From Octopus sinensis (taxonomy: Eukaryota), in the NCBI RefSeq assembly GCF_006345805.1, contig NC_043003.1, positions 39,060,001 through 39,124,000 of the forward strand: DNA of 64,000 nucleotides. Reading direction: 5' to 3'. Under the pieces are notes generated by a model. The model was not told where the DNA came from. It did no database searches and saw only the letters and a list, made by a program, of their open reading frames with translations. Below, one piece after another: positions 1 through 13,262 of the stretch; the stretch's first letter is position 1, and every line of letters begins with the position of its first letter. A program made the position numbers and the translations under genes.

Positions 1-146
1 TATCCTTTCGGAATTGATAAATTAAGTCCCAGTAAAACCCAGGAGTCGATGTAATCGACTAGTTCTCTCACCACAAATTTCAGGTCCTCATCCAATCGGA
101 CAGTGCGATAGGTGGAACGTCTACTTTAGCCTTTTATAAAGGATCA

Positions 147-865
147 GTGGAGGAAAAGTGCGAGGATGTTCTTGGCGGGGTGGGATGGGGACCTTGGTTG
201 GGCATCGAAGAAGATCAGCTAGTCGCTCTTTTCTGTAGAACTTTCGGACCGAGATCGATGGATAATTTCCAAAATTCTCTGGCCTGGCAGTGCTACCGGG
301 GAGCTTTGCCTGTTCGAGATAAACTTTATAGGCACAGAAGTGCCATCAGCCGAGCATTTCCGAGACGGTCTTGCATTCACTTGTCCAGTGCCCGAACATT
401 GCTGACCTATGGGTATATGTCGAACACTTGCTGTCGCGTGTGGGACAGATCCGGCTGTCAGCTGAATCCATTGTGAAGATCTCCTCGCCGCCTTCCTTTA
501 GCCAGGAAGGAAAGGCTATTTTTATATGTCTGGTGGCCATGGCGAAAGAGGTTGTATGGTGGACGAGATTGAAGGGGCTGAAGACAAACACTTTTCACTT
601 TGGCCAGTTCCTGATGAACTACTTGAAAAGGAAAATAAGGGTAGAGAGGGAAGTATTATCTTCTAGCCAGTTTGCTGACAGCTTGATGAAAGTGGCGAGA
701 ATGGGGCGAGTGAATGGGTCTGCCCTGAGCATACGCCAGTAGTTGAGGAAAAAAAGGAAAGGAATAAAGATACTTACCCCATAGATTTTATTGGATTTTC
801 CCATGAGCAGCCCTCAAACGTCTCCTCTATATTGAGGACTGCACATTGTTGATTTAAAAAAAAAT
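147..865 (+). mobile_element. Tx1/L1-type LINE 3' remnant (zf-RVT region), frameshifted
   Basis: ORFs 147-476 and 371-742 give MDNFQNSLAWQCYRGALPVRDKLYRH...HSLVQCP...LWVYVE, the zinc-binding C-terminal region of L1/Tx1 ORF2; A-run at ~856-865. Confidence 0.7.
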
Positions 866-1019
866 TGTTAGTCTTATTTACACGCAAAACCCTCACAACA
901 CACACTCACACACATACACACGCTCATTCTTTGTTTTGTCATGTGCTGTCCATAATGTAAAATTGTTGTGGTTAATAAAGAAATTATTATTATTATTATT
1001 ATTATATTATTATCATTAC

Positions 1020-1224
1020 GAAAGCAGCGAGTCAGCAGAATCGCTAGCACGCCGAGATAAATGCCTAGCAGCATTTCGTCCATCTTCAGGTTCTGAGTTC
1101 AAATTCCACCGAGGTCGGCTTTACCTTTAATCCTTCTGGGGTCGATAAACTAGGTACCAGTTGAGTACTGGGGTCGATGTAATCGACTCAACACCTCTCT
1201 CGGAATTGCTGGCCTTGTGCCAAA

Positions 1225-1270
<46 letters not shown>

Positions 1271-1275
1271 TATTA
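1020..1275 (+). mobile_element. tRNA-derived SINE family B with (TAT)n tail; further copies at about 1-90, 5110-5305, 5840-5935(-), 8160-8350, 13860-14092, 18050-18270, 29900-30230(-), 43710-43915, 62630-62830
   Basis: Recurrent ~200 bp unit GGCGGCGAGCTGGCAGAATCGTTAGCACGCCGG...GAGTTCAAATTCC...GGGGTCGATAAAATAAGTACCAG...GGCCTTGTGCC, with A/B-box-like motifs. Confidence 0.85.
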
Positions 1276-1589
1276 GATTATTTGTCAGTGTTCTTTCGTC
1301 ACACATTTTGTGTCCTCTTCAACGACTTTCTGTCTCTCGTGTCTCCTTTTTGCCTTGTCTATTCCATTTTGTCTTTTTGTTTCAACACCTGATTTCTCAT
1401 GAAGAATCTTGCAAAACAAATGCATAGATGTATCTGCAATAACTTACCAATTCCGATCTATTGTTCAAAATCGCAAAGGCTGTAATAAAGATATTACACG
1501 TTCTTGAGAGGCGAGGAACATCATCTGCCAAATTCACTAACGTAAGCGACCGTGAGTTTATAAAGGACTAATTTGTTGTAATTGTTGAA

Positions 1590-1850
1590 AAGCTAGTGGC
1601 CGGTTGGTTTGGGCGTCGCATTCATGATCGTAGTTTCGATTCCCGGACCGGGCGTTGCGTCGTGTTTATGAGCAAAATACTTCATTTCAAGTTGCACCTG
1701 TCTACTCAGCTGTAAATGAGTTCCAGCAACAGCTGAGAAACTAATCATGCAACGGACCGGCGTCCCATTTCAGGGCGAGTGTTGTTTTAACCCAGTCCCT
1801 TAAAGGCCAAGGAAACCAGTTTAAGTGCCGGTCTAATGAGTCTTCCAAAA
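1590..1850 (+). mobile_element. tRNA-derived SINE, different family (related pieces at 7742-7990, 28890-28990(-), 44377-44630(-))
   Basis: tRNA-like head (GTTTCGATTCCCGG) followed by the shared core GAGCAAAATACTTCATTTCA..TTGC.CC.GTC.ACTCAGCTGTAAATGAG. Confidence 0.6.
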
Positions 1851-2234
1851 GATCGTAAAGAACGAAATGATTTTATGCTATCCCTTTTTTGAATTCCATT
1901 AAACTTCCGTTATGGCATAACAGTTATATTAGCTATGACGTACTTCTATGACATAGATGAAATTTTATATTTTGCTTTGAAAATCCCGACTTCTTTCTGA
2001 ACGCCACGTGTAGGGATCTTAAAGATTGCAGTTTCCATCTTTCTGGATTGTAGCGACGGACAAAATACTTTATGATATTGAGTTCAAATCCCGCTGAAGT
2101 GGCCTTTTCCCATTTCTCCTTACGGAGATCGATCGCATAAACGCCAGTTGAATATTAGGGTAGTACTAACTGAAGCTTTAATACCGCTGTTTAATTCTAA
2201 TATTAATACTACTACTAATGATAATAATGATGAC

Positions 2235-2282
<48 letters not shown>

Positions 2283-2331
2283 GATATCTATTATATATTA
2301 ATTATTTCCATTGTTTTTGATAAAACAACAG

Positions 2332-2535
2332 CAAGCAAGTGGAAGCAAGATGAATGCCCTCTACTCCACGCCATCCTGTTACATCTACAATCTGAACAAA
2401 GTAAACAAAACATGGACTGAGAAAACCGATGATTTCTTTCCTTACGCTCACAAACGTCATGCTTTCTGGACAGGCTATTACACCAGTCGGGCCTCGTTTA
2501 AACGTTATGTCCGAGAGAGCAACAACATGTTACAA
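2332..2535 (+). CDS. MAN2B1: Lysosomal alpha-mannosidase (GH38), first coding exon in window (gene 5'-partial)
   Basis: CAG acceptor ends 2331, donor GTAAGC at 2536; 204 nt. Encodes QASGSKMNALYSTPSCYIYNLNK...DDFFPYAHKRHAFWTGYYTSR...NNMLQ, matching the GH38 YSTP and DDFFPY...WTGY motifs. Confidence 0.95.
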
Positions 2536-2624
2536 GTAAGCACACCGGTTTCTCTTATATTCGCTTCAGCATTATACATACATACATGCATACATACATA
2601 CATACATACATACATGCATACATG

Positions 2625-3015
2625 GTGGCTGCCTCCTCGTTATCGAGTATAGCCATTGCACGAAGCTTAATCAATGTTGTTATCGTGCAATGCCTGTGCA
2701 AGAAGATTTTTTTAAAGTGAGGAAAGGCAGTGCACGGAGTCAATCCCACTCACTAAGCAACAGCAGCCATAATCCAAATAGAAGAACAAGTCAACATCAT
2801 CGGTAACCACTGAGCCGCAGGTTTTATGTTGGAGTTATCCCAGTTACCTGAGTTACCTTCTCCGAGAAGGATGCCTTAACAAAGGCTAGGAGTCCTTCAC
2901 TCCCAATGGTTTAACCGCGCGATCGGGTATTCAGTCCGATTATTTCTATGTCCCCGCGCATGGTACAGCCTTAAGACATTTATTGGATGGCCGTTCACTC
3001 TCAAGTGTTCCTCCG
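2625..3015. mobile_element. Probable dispersed retroelement fragment embedded in (TACA)n
   Basis: Higher-GC, non-coding ~390 bp block bounded on both sides by (CATA/TACA)n tracts. Family and orientation not determined. Confidence 0.35.
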
Positions 3016-3159
3016 TCTATACATACATACATACATACATACATACGTACGTACGTACGTACGTACATACATACGTACATACATACATACATACATACAT
3101 ACATACATACATACATACATACATACATACATACATACATACATACATACATACGTACA

Positions 3160-3735
3160 AATGTAAACACAATAGATCTGATATAATGATTTGGGATAGA
3201 GAAGAGAAACTGTGGACAGTTGTGGAAATCAGCTGCCCAGCTGAATATCAGTGAAAGAGAGAATACATACGCTGAACTATTGAGTGATCTGCAGTTACTC
3301 TATCCAGATTACATGTTCAGATTAATACCTATAATTATTTGGGCATTGCGATATTTGACACATTGCTTAAATACCAATCTTGAGAATTAGGTTTCTCAAA
3401 ATCAGAAAGGAGAAAGGCGATTCGAAGACTACAGATCCAAGCGATCACTGGAACTGTAAAAATCTGTAAAACTTTCAAGAAGTTTATCATTTAAATATAT
3501 ATGAGCATGTCCAGATATGCAAGTATATGCATGAGAATACATACATAAACAAGGCATACAAATCTGCACGTATGCGTACGTACGTACGTACGTACGTACA
3601 TACATACATACATACATGCATACATACATACAAACAAACAAAAATGCCCTGTTGATGTTATTGAAATTCCTAACCTTGAATCTAGGTTAGGAACTGGCTC
3701 TTTCTCTCTTGATAAGAAATCTTTAAATAAAACTG
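3160..3735 (+). mobile_element. R4-like (REL endonuclease) LINE 3' fragment associated with (TACA)n
   Basis: Decayed HNRSDIMIWDREEK...VEISCP...IRRLQIQAITGTVKICKTFKKFII*, then a 3' UTR with an internal (TACG/TACA)n and a ~110 bp terminal segment. Confidence 0.75.
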
Positions 3736-4640
3736 AATAAGGACATACATACGTACATACATTCACACACATAGATACATACATACGTACGTCCGTACTA
3801 CGTATGTACGTACGTACATACATACGCAAACGCACATACACAATCCTACAAATATAGATATATATGTAAATATCCATATTTATGTGATCGGTATCTTGGG
3901 CGAGTTCCTCTTACTATATATAGCTTTATGTGAACTATCAGTGGAATTTGGTAGGCGGAAACTATGCAGAAGTGTGTCATAAATACACACACACACATAT
4001 ATGTATATACACACACACATATATATTATGTATGTGTATATGTACGTATGTATATACATATATATATACATGTATATACATATATGTATATGTATTTATT
4101 TACATACATACATGCACACATATGCATATGCATATGTATTTTTACATATGCATTTGTATGTACAAGTATGTAGTGATCAACCAACATTTTATAAGTCAAA
4201 GTGCAATGCTCTTAATATGATGAAGGCAAAGTTATTGTCTATACTTTTACAGTTATAGAAACTAATCGATCCATGCTACTACCAAAATCCACTCAAAATG
4301 ATTGAGCACTTATCAAATTTGGTTAATACTTACTCCTGTCTCTCGCAACAAAACGATTTACTGTAGGGACAAATGGATTATTCCACTGCTTCCACATGTG
4401 TTATGAGCAGTCTAGCGAAAGAACTAAACCAGATGTAAGTAATCTGAGGCCCTCGGGTTTATCTGAATAGCAAGCCAACGAAAAATTAGCTTGAATATTT
4501 ATTGAATATTTATTAGTAGTGAGGACGGTGAGATGGCAGAATCATTAGCGCGTCGGGCAAAGTGCTTAGCGGCATTTGGTCCGTCATTACATTCAGAGTT
4601 CTAATTCTGCTGAGGTCGACTTTGCTTTTCACCTTTCGGG

Positions 4641-5010
4641 TACGTTAGTGGTTAGGGCAGCGGACTCGCGGTCGTAGGATCGTGGTTTCGATTCCCAGAC
4701 TGGGCGCTGTGAGTGTTTATTGAGTGAAAACACCTAAAGTTCCACGAGGATCCGGCAGGGGTTGGTGGCGAACCCTGCTGTACTCTTTCACCACAACTTT
4801 CTGTCACTCTTTCTTTCTGTTGTATCTGTATTTCAAAGGGTCAGCCTTGTCACACTCTGTGTCACGCTGAATCTCCCCGGGAATTACGTTAAGGGTAGAC
4901 GTGTCTGGGGAGTGCTCAGCCACTTGCACGTTAATTTCACGAGGAGGCTGTTCTGTTGATCGGATCAACTGGAACCCTCGTCGTCGTAACTGACGGAGTG
5001 CCACAATGAC
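4641..5010 (+). mobile_element. tRNA-derived SINE family D nested in a family B copy (4520-4640 plus 5010-5100)
   Basis: Head TTAGTGGTTAGGGCAGCGGACTCGCGGTCGTAGGATCGTGGTTTCGATTCCC and tail ...GATCGGATCAACTGGAACCCTCGTCGTCGTAACTGACGGAGTGCCAC. The family B sequence resumes after it. Confidence 0.7.
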
Positions 5011-5580
5011 GTTAAAATAAGAATCAGTTGTGCACTGATGTAATCGACTCATCCCCTTCTCCAAAATTGGTGACCTTGTGCCAAAATTTGAAACCAATAT
5101 TTAATAGCAGTAGGGCGGTGAGGTGGAAGAACCGCTAGCACGCCGTGCAAAATACTTAGCGGCATTTCGTCCGTTTTTACGTCCTGAGTTCAAATTCACC
5201 TTTCAGTATCGATAAAATAAGTTCCAGTTGAGCAATGGGATCAATGTAATCGACTTACCCTTCCTGGAAATTGTTGGCGTTGTGCCAAAACTAGAAACCA
5301 ATGTTTATTACTAGTTTGGCCCGCTTGATAACGAATCATGTTTCATGCGGCCCACTTGTCGATCTATACCTGATCTAAACGAAGCCGAATATCAAGGTAG
5401 GTAACAACATTAGGTTTTTCTGTAAGTGACCTTCTTTCAGCTATCTTTATGGTTAAGATAAGATAGATAGGAAAAAGTATTTTCATAAAATGCATATAAC
5501 ACAAACGGGACTTAGTTTGTTATTACACCTGGAATTTCATGAGTATATCTTAATTCATGACCCTTACTTTCTTTCTTCAG

Positions 5581-5641
5581 GTGTGTAAACAGGCGAATGT
5601 TTTAGCCAAGCTTGGACAGAGCGCGAAGGTAGATGACCTTT
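5581..5641 (+). CDS. MAN2B1: alpha-mannosidase exon 2 in window
   Basis: ctttcttcag acceptor, GTAAGT donor; 61 nt, phase 0 to 1; VCKQANVLAKLGQSAKVDDL (compare VCNQL in the family). Confidence 0.88.
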
Positions 5642-6204
5642 GTAAGTATTCTTTGCATCTAATTTTGGGTTACTTTTATGTTAATCTAATATAGCAGAAA
5701 CCTGTGATGTTTTTAGTCCTGCACAAGGAGCAATACCTATGAAGTTTTCAGTGCTTCAGTCCTTCTGAAGGAAACATATGAGCAGGAATGTAATTGTTGT
5801 TGTACAAATACAGCATTGCTGTAACTATAGAATAAAAGTTGACCTCAACGGGATTTGAGCTCAACAAGTAAAGAAACTGAAGAAATGCTGCCAAGCATTT
5901 TGTCCGACGCTCTAACGACGCTGCAAGCTCACGGCTTTGACAGAATTAAATAAACCCAATACTGAAGTCTAGCAATAGCTTTATTAAAGTTATTTCTGCA
6001 CCTTAAAACGACATCAGAAGGTAGTGAGATTTCAAGCGATAAAGAAGAATAATCTCATGATTTCTCTCTCTTTCTCTCTCTTACACACAGGACACCCCCA
6101 AACACACACACGCAGATTTTAATTTTAATTGAAACTAAAAATTTGTTTCGCGACTCGAGTTTCCCGATACATAAAGCAACGTACAAGTGTGCGCGTGCGT
6201 TTAT

Positions 6205-6930
<726 letters not shown>

Positions 6931-7061
6931 TAATCTAGAGTCAAGTTTTGACTGCTATCGCTAGCATGGTGGTATATTTTAGATACTTTTAATTATATGT
7001 GTTTATATATATATATGTATGTGTGTGTGTATGTGTGTATGTAGATAGATAAACATCTCTC

Positions 7062-7149
<88 letters not shown>

Positions 7150-7202
7150 CCAATTTATCTGGTTCCTTCTTTCTCTTATGATTTTTTTTTACCAAATTTC
7201 AG

Positions 7203-7242
7203 GGAAAGAGTTCTCAATTGTACAACATCATGATGCCGTCAC
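7203..7242 (+). CDS. MAN2B1: alpha-mannosidase exon 3 (40-nt exon with HHDA motif)
   Basis: tttcag acceptor, GTAAGG donor; phase 1 to 2; (W)KEFSIVQHHDAV(T), the GH38 HHDA zinc-ligand motif. Confidence 0.92.
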
Positions 7243-7692
7243 GTAAGGACCTTCCTCCTTTTTTACTTCTATTCCGCTTTTATGGTTAGATATCATTGTG
7301 CTGTTGTCATCTGAAACAGTGTTGGTGATTTTGGTAATATCATAACATTTGTATTCATACATACGTATATATGCATGCAGTGTAGGATATGTACGTATGT
7401 GTGTATGTGTGAGTGAGTGGTGGACATCCGATGTTCACGATGAGGATTCGGTTGATTGATCAACTGAAACACCTGCTCCTGAGTTCAGTGCCGGAAGTAT
7501 TCCAAAAGTGTCTGAGTATTCCAGAGACACGTGTGCCTTTAACACAGTTCTCAAGTGGAATCAGTATAACACAGTGTCCCCAAAACTGTACCGTTTGAAT
7601 TACATATGCAATCTATCCGACTGTATTCTCTACGGTTTCCATCCACCTATTTCTTCTACATGCTATGGGTCTATGAGATTCCACCCAGAGGG

Positions 7693-7740
<48 letters not shown>

Positions 7741-8380
7741 CAAGGGCGCTTGGCCTAGTAGTTAGGATGTCGCACTCACGATTGCGACATCGTTGTTTCA
7801 ATATCTGGACCAGGTGGTGCTTTGAGTTCTTAGGCAAGACACTTCATCTCACATTCTTCTGCGATCACTTTGATACCTGATGCGTGGTACATCGATGACC
7901 TGCTCAGGCAACATTGATTTGATGGAGGGAGTACAGCACAGACATTGGATCACCATAAACAAAATCATTTATGCAGGTTCTTCAGCAAGAATTTGCAGGA
8001 GGACCGTCTATCTCGGACTACAGTAGACTACCGATCGTGTATGTATGTATGTATGTATGTATGTATGTATGTATGTATGTATGTATGTATGTGTTTGTGT
8101 GTAACAGTAAATATATAAAAACCAATCAAGTGATTATTACGACCTATAGGCAATGGATAGCATAATCGATAGCGCATCAGACCAAATACCTTGCGTTATC
8201 TTCACCTGTTCTTTACGTTCTGAGTTAAAATGCTACCGATGTCAAACTTGCCATTTGTCCTTCTGGGGTCATGAAATGATGTCCTAATTAAGTACTAAGA
8301 TACATATAGACAACCCTCACCTCAAATCTTCCAAAATTTCTGGCCCTTGTCGCTATATAAAAAAATTATTATTATTACAT

Positions 8381-8780
8381 AGGCGCAGGAGTGGCTGTGT
8401 GGTAAGTAGCTTGCTTACCAACCACATGGTTCCGGGTTCATTCCCACAGCATGGTACCTTGGGCAAGTGTCTTCTACTATAGCCTTGGGCCGACCAGAGC
8501 CTTGTGAGTGGATTTGGTAGACGGAAACTGGAAGAAGCCCGGCGTATATATGTATACATATGTATGTGTGTATATGTTTGTGTGTCTGTGTTTGTCCCCC
8601 CACCATTGCTTGACAACCGATGCTGGTGTGTTCATGTCCCCGTAACTTAGCGGTTCAGCAAAGGAGTCTGATAGAATAAGTACTAGGCTTACAAAGAATA
8701 AGTCCTGGGGTCGATTTACTCGACTAGAAGGCGGTGCTCCAGCATGGCCGCAGTCAAATGACTGAAACAAGTAAAAGAGA
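8381..8780 (+). mobile_element. tRNA-derived SINE family A with internal TA/TG microsatellite; further copies at about 10021-10530, 11130-11600, 20733-20910(-), 30920-31325, 34645-34990, 35340-35475, 40680-40865, 40915-41325, 46780-47330(-), 62385-62630(-)
   Basis: Recurrent unit GTGGTAAGTAGCTTGCTTACCAACCACATGGTTCCGGGTTCA...GGAAACTGAAAGAAGCCCG-[TA/TG]n-...GACTAAAGGCGGTGCTCCAGCATGGCC...ACTGAAACAAGTAAAAGA. Confidence 0.9.
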
Positions 8781-8857
8781 ATAAGAGAGAATTACAATTT
8801 ATTTATTTATTTATATGTTTTTGTCGTAATAACCAAAGTGCCTATTTCTTCTCTCAG

Positions 8858-8927
8858 GGGCACAGCCAAACAAGAAGTGGACAGAGATTATCGTCGAAGG
8901 CTTGCATTTGGAATAAATAGCTGTCAG
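8858..8927 (+). CDS. MAN2B1: alpha-mannosidase exon 4
   Basis: ctctcag acceptor, GTATGT donor; 70 nt, phase 2 to 0; (T)GTAKQEVDRDYRRRLAFGINSCQ completes HHDAVTGT. Confidence 0.92.
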
Positions 8928-9703
8928 GTATGTACATCAGGCGAAGTAACTCTTTCAAAATATCTTCGTAACGGTACAGAACTCTTGCGATTATCTATTC
9001 AAATAATATACTCTTGTGTCTTTCTCCATCACAACATATGAATGAGAAAGGAAGGAAGGAGTGATAGATGACTAAGGAATAGGTGATAGCAAAGTCGTTG
9101 TGGGAGGATAGAAATACTACGGTAAAAAAAAAACAGGGCGGTATGTGAATGATAGTGTGGTGTGTGTGTGTGTATGCGCGCGCTCAATGGAAGTGGGATG
9201 GCGAATATTCAACGCCGAAAAGAAAAATCAAACAGCGTTTCAACTCTGTGTGAGTATATGTGTGTGCGCGTGTGCATGTACAAAGGAAGTATGTGAATGT
9301 TTGTATCTGTAATTATTATGTAACTTATTTTGTATCTTATTTATACATAAAATATTACAATTAGCCGTCATTTTTTACGGCACGGGGCCAGCTAGTTGAT
9401 ATATAAATCTAATCACTATGAATATAGATTGTGCCGCGTAGTCTCGAGTCGGCTCTGATCAAGTAGATCTATGATCAAAGCTTTGCAGCTGAGGCAATCA
9501 CATCTTGTTTTTAAATATTACTTTCCTAATGGTTGAGGTGGTAACGCGTGATTACAAGCAGTCTTTACTGCTATTTCTAGTGGGTGGGCTGACAATGTAG
9601 AGGCTCGCTCATTGGCTCACAAAGCTGAGTCGGTAGAGCATTACACGTTTAAGAAGATACTGTGGAGGCACGTAGCTAAGAGGTTTGGATGTTGCACTCA
9701 TGA

Positions 9704-9801
9704 TGGTAAGATAGTGGTTTCTAGCGGTGAGATATATACGCCACAGAATTCGTGGTAAGATAGTGGTTTCTAGCGGTGAGATATATACGCCACAGAATTC
9801 G
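9704..9801. repeat. Exact 49 bp tandem duplication
   Basis: TGGTAAGATAGTGGTTTCTAGCGGTGAGATATATACGCCACAGAATTCG occurs twice (9704-9752, 9753-9801). Confidence 0.95.
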
Positions 9802-10174
9802 AGGAACTGGCCTTATCCTATGGTTCAGGGAGGACCTTTCATCTTTTATTATTTGGTGTACACCGACGACGAAACGGTTGTACAAGGACTTTGAAATAAT
9901 TACGGCCAAAATCCCCTAACTCATTTATACCCACTCGTTTAAGATGATCTGCCTCAGCAGAGCAAAGAGTTGAAATAATCTTTTAAGTTAACGTTGAATG
10001 TGATGCTTGTTAAACATTTAGGAGTAGCTATGTGGTAAGTAGCTTGCTTACGAACCACATGGTTCCGGGTTCAGTCCCACTGCGTGGCACCTTGAGCAAG
10101 TGTCTTCGGGCCAACCAAAGCCTTGTGAGTGGATTTGGCAGACGGAAACTGAAAGAAGCCCGTCGTATATATGC

Positions 10175-10205
<31 letters not shown>

Positions 10206-10256
10206 ATATATATATATATATATGTGTGTGTGTGGTGTGTGTGTGTGTGTGTGTGT

Positions 10257-10292
<36 letters not shown>

Positions 10293-10599
10293 TGTGTGTA
10301 TGTGTGTGTGTATGTGTGTGTGTGTGTAGTTGTTTGTGTGTCTGTGTTTGTCCTCCCAACATCGCTTGACAACCGATGCTGGTGTGTTTATGTCCCCGTA
10401 ACTTAGTTCGGCAAAAAAGGCCGATAGAATAAGTACTAGACTTACAAAGAATAAGTCCTGGGGTCAATTTGCTCGACTAAAGGCGGTGCTCCTGCATGGC
10501 GACAATCAAATGACTGAAACTAGTAAAAGAGTAGAAATAAGTATATAGTAAGGTAAAAAAAAAAAGGGAAAAAGAAAAAAATAGCTTGATAGCTTAAAG

Positions 10600-10752
10600 C
10601 AGTGGTTCCCAACCTTTTCACTGCAATTTAAATGAGTTTTCCTACAAACCCCAGAATTTTGAAAGGTCTGTCAGCTTAACATGTTCACGGAACCCCAGCA
10701 CTACCTTTGCGGACCACCCGGGGTCTGCGAACCACCGGCTGGTAAATCACTG
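10600..10752. mobile_element. hAT-type MITE (153 bp)
   Basis: CAGTGGTT...AATCACTG termini with a perfect 8 bp TSD GCTTAAAG (10592-10599, 10753-10760). Confidence 0.85.
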
Positions 10753-11275
10753 GCTTAAAGGCTAGTATTATGAGGGGAGGTAACTCTGTATAGATAAGTT
10801 TTAGTGGTGTTAGACCTCGTCAGCGAAGTATAGGCTTCACAGTAGTTGTTGAAGTAGTAACTGAAGAATCAGTAAACTATTCAATATTGTACGCGAATTA
10901 GTGTGGAAACAAAGCTGATATGATAAAGCCTCAGTTAATTACACGCAGATATAGTTGATTATAATGAACATACATAAAAATGCAATAGTTAGTAATTAAC
11001 ATATTTCATACTCTGTATTGTGAAGTAAAAAGATTTTTAAAAACATGCTTAGTTTTTGCTTGGACAGTATATTTTATATACACTTAGCAAGTCTATTAGA
11101 ATTAATTTGCCAAGTATTATGATGCAGTGCCTTATCTAAACTTGGGTTCTGTTTCACTGCGTGGCATTTTGTGCAAGTGTCTTCCACTACAGTCTCGGGC
11201 CAACCAATGCCCTGTGAATGGATTTGTTAGACAGGAACTGAAAAGAAGCCTGTCGTATGTGTATATGTGTGTATG

Positions 11276-11312
<37 letters not shown>

Positions 11313-11357
11313 TGAGTGAGTGAGTGTGTGTGTGTGTGTGTGTGTGTAGAGAGAGAG

Positions 11358-11397
<40 letters not shown>

Positions 11398-11873
11398 TCC
11401 CCCACCACCGCTGGATAACTATTGTTGGTGCGTTAACGTCTCAGCAAGCTAGCGGTTGGGAAAAAGAAACCGACAGAATAAATATCAGAATTAAAAAGAA
11501 ATTAAGTATTGAAGGTCAATTAGTTCAGCTAAAATTCCTTATGGCGATGCCCCAGCGTGGCTGCAGTCTAATGGCTGAAAGTAGCAGAAGATAAAAGATA
11601 AAAGATAGAACATATATAACAAAACAATAGGTTTTCTTCTCTTCGTCGACCGAAATTTTTATCTTTAAATAAATGTTTAAGGGGGATAACTCTAAGAGAA
11701 AATGTTTAAGGGGACACAACTCATGTATCCAGTGGTCGGATCTTGGCTAACTTTGAAACTTTTTGATGATTAAACATCATAAAAATGTGAGTGTGTGTGT
11801 GTATACATACATGTATGCATGCATACATACTCATACACACACACTCACACGCGCGCGAGCGCGCGCGCACATA

Positions 11874-13075
11874 TCAGGTTGAGCAAAAAGTAAACAACGT
11901 TTTGAACCATGAAGAATTTGTACCGGAATTTTGCAGAGTCCTGAATAATTTTAAAACAATTTTTTGCAGTTGTCTAATAATACAGACGTAGACTTGCCCA
12001 AATGCATCAATAAATTAACATTTATAATTTTTTAAACTTTGAAATGGATCTGTCAAAGTGCGACATTCGAGCAATTTTGCTATTCAACTTCAAAAAGGGC
12101 GTAAAGCAGCTGAAATTGCTCGCGATATCAACGAAACGTTTGGCGAGGAAATGACCGGTGAGTGGCCAGCTCGAAAATGCTTTAAACGATTTCGCAGAAG
12201 AGACCCGTGCCTCGAAGATAGTGAGATAAGTGGACGCCCATCTGTCATCGATGACGGTCAATTAAAACCGTCATTGAGAAAGATCCACGTAAAACCACTC
12301 GGGAACTGGCAAAATAACTTCAAGTTAGCCAGAAAACTGCCTGCAGCCATTTGCATGCGATCAGTGAATCAAACAAAGCTCGACAAATGGGTACCACACG
12401 ATTTGAATGAAAATCAGAAAATGCGCAGATATGAAATTTGCTCGTCGCTTCTTCTTCGTAACCAGACCGATCCATTTCTCGACCGTATTGTAACTTGCGA
12501 TAAAAAGTAGATTCTGTACAATAATAAAAAATGTTATTCGCAGTGGCTAGACCAAAATGAAGCACCGAAAACCTTCCCTAAACCCGTGATCTTCAAAAAG
12601 AAGGCTATGGTGTCTGTTTGGTGGTGTACTGCTGGACTCATCCACTATAACTTCTTAAAACCCGGAAAAACCATTACTACAGAAACATATTGCCATGGAA
12701 TTGCCAAAATGAACGAAAAACTGCTACTCCTTCATCCCAGGCTGGCCAATCATTCTTCATGACAATGCTCGACCACACGTTTCACTAATGACGCTCTAGA
12801 AGTTTAGAGAATTTGGCTACGAAGTACTTCCCCACCTAGCTTATTCCCCGGATCTTCTCTAGCACTTTGATGGTTTCCTGCTAGAGAAGGAGTTAAAAAA
12901 TCCAGATCCAGAACTCCAGATTTTATGTTACCGGAATAAACAAACTTGTAACTCGTTGGCAAATTTGTGTTGATTGTAATGGTACTTACTTTGATGAATG
13001 AAATTTCTGCATTGTTGAAATATATTTTGATGAATTTCATGTTTCAAAACGTTACTTACTTTTTATTCACCCTGA
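11874..13075 (+). mobile_element. Decayed mariner DNA transposon (~1.2 kb)
   Basis: Imperfect ~40 bp TIRs (TCAGGTTGAGCAAAAAGTAA / TTACTTTTTATTCACCCTGA) and TA TSDs. Transposase remnants: HTH ...SGRP, KWVPHDL, IVTCD, HDNARPH, YSPD-like; with stops and frameshifts. Confidence 0.9.
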
Positions 13076-13077
13076 TA

Positions 13078-13262
13078 TGTGTATGTATGTATGTATGTAT
13101 GTATGTATGTATGTATGTATGTATGTATGTATGTATGTATGTATGTATGTATGTATGTATGTATGTATGTATGTATGTATGTACGTACGTACGTACGTAT
13201 GTATGTATGTATGTATGTATATATGTATGTATGTATATATGTATGTATGTATGTATGTATGC
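13078..13262. repeat. (TATG)n microsatellite
   Basis: Direct reading; begins at the mariner 3' TA. Confidence 0.95.

Noticed and set aside
6148-6179. Minus-strand GAAA-CUCGAG-UC with a short stem I, hammerhead-like
   Set aside because: The CUGAUGA box reads UUUAUGU (3 mismatches); at most a dead remnant.
8381-8460. tRNA-like A/B boxes as tRNA genes (also family B and D heads)
   Set aside because: They are SINE heads attached to SINE bodies, with no complete cloverleaf.
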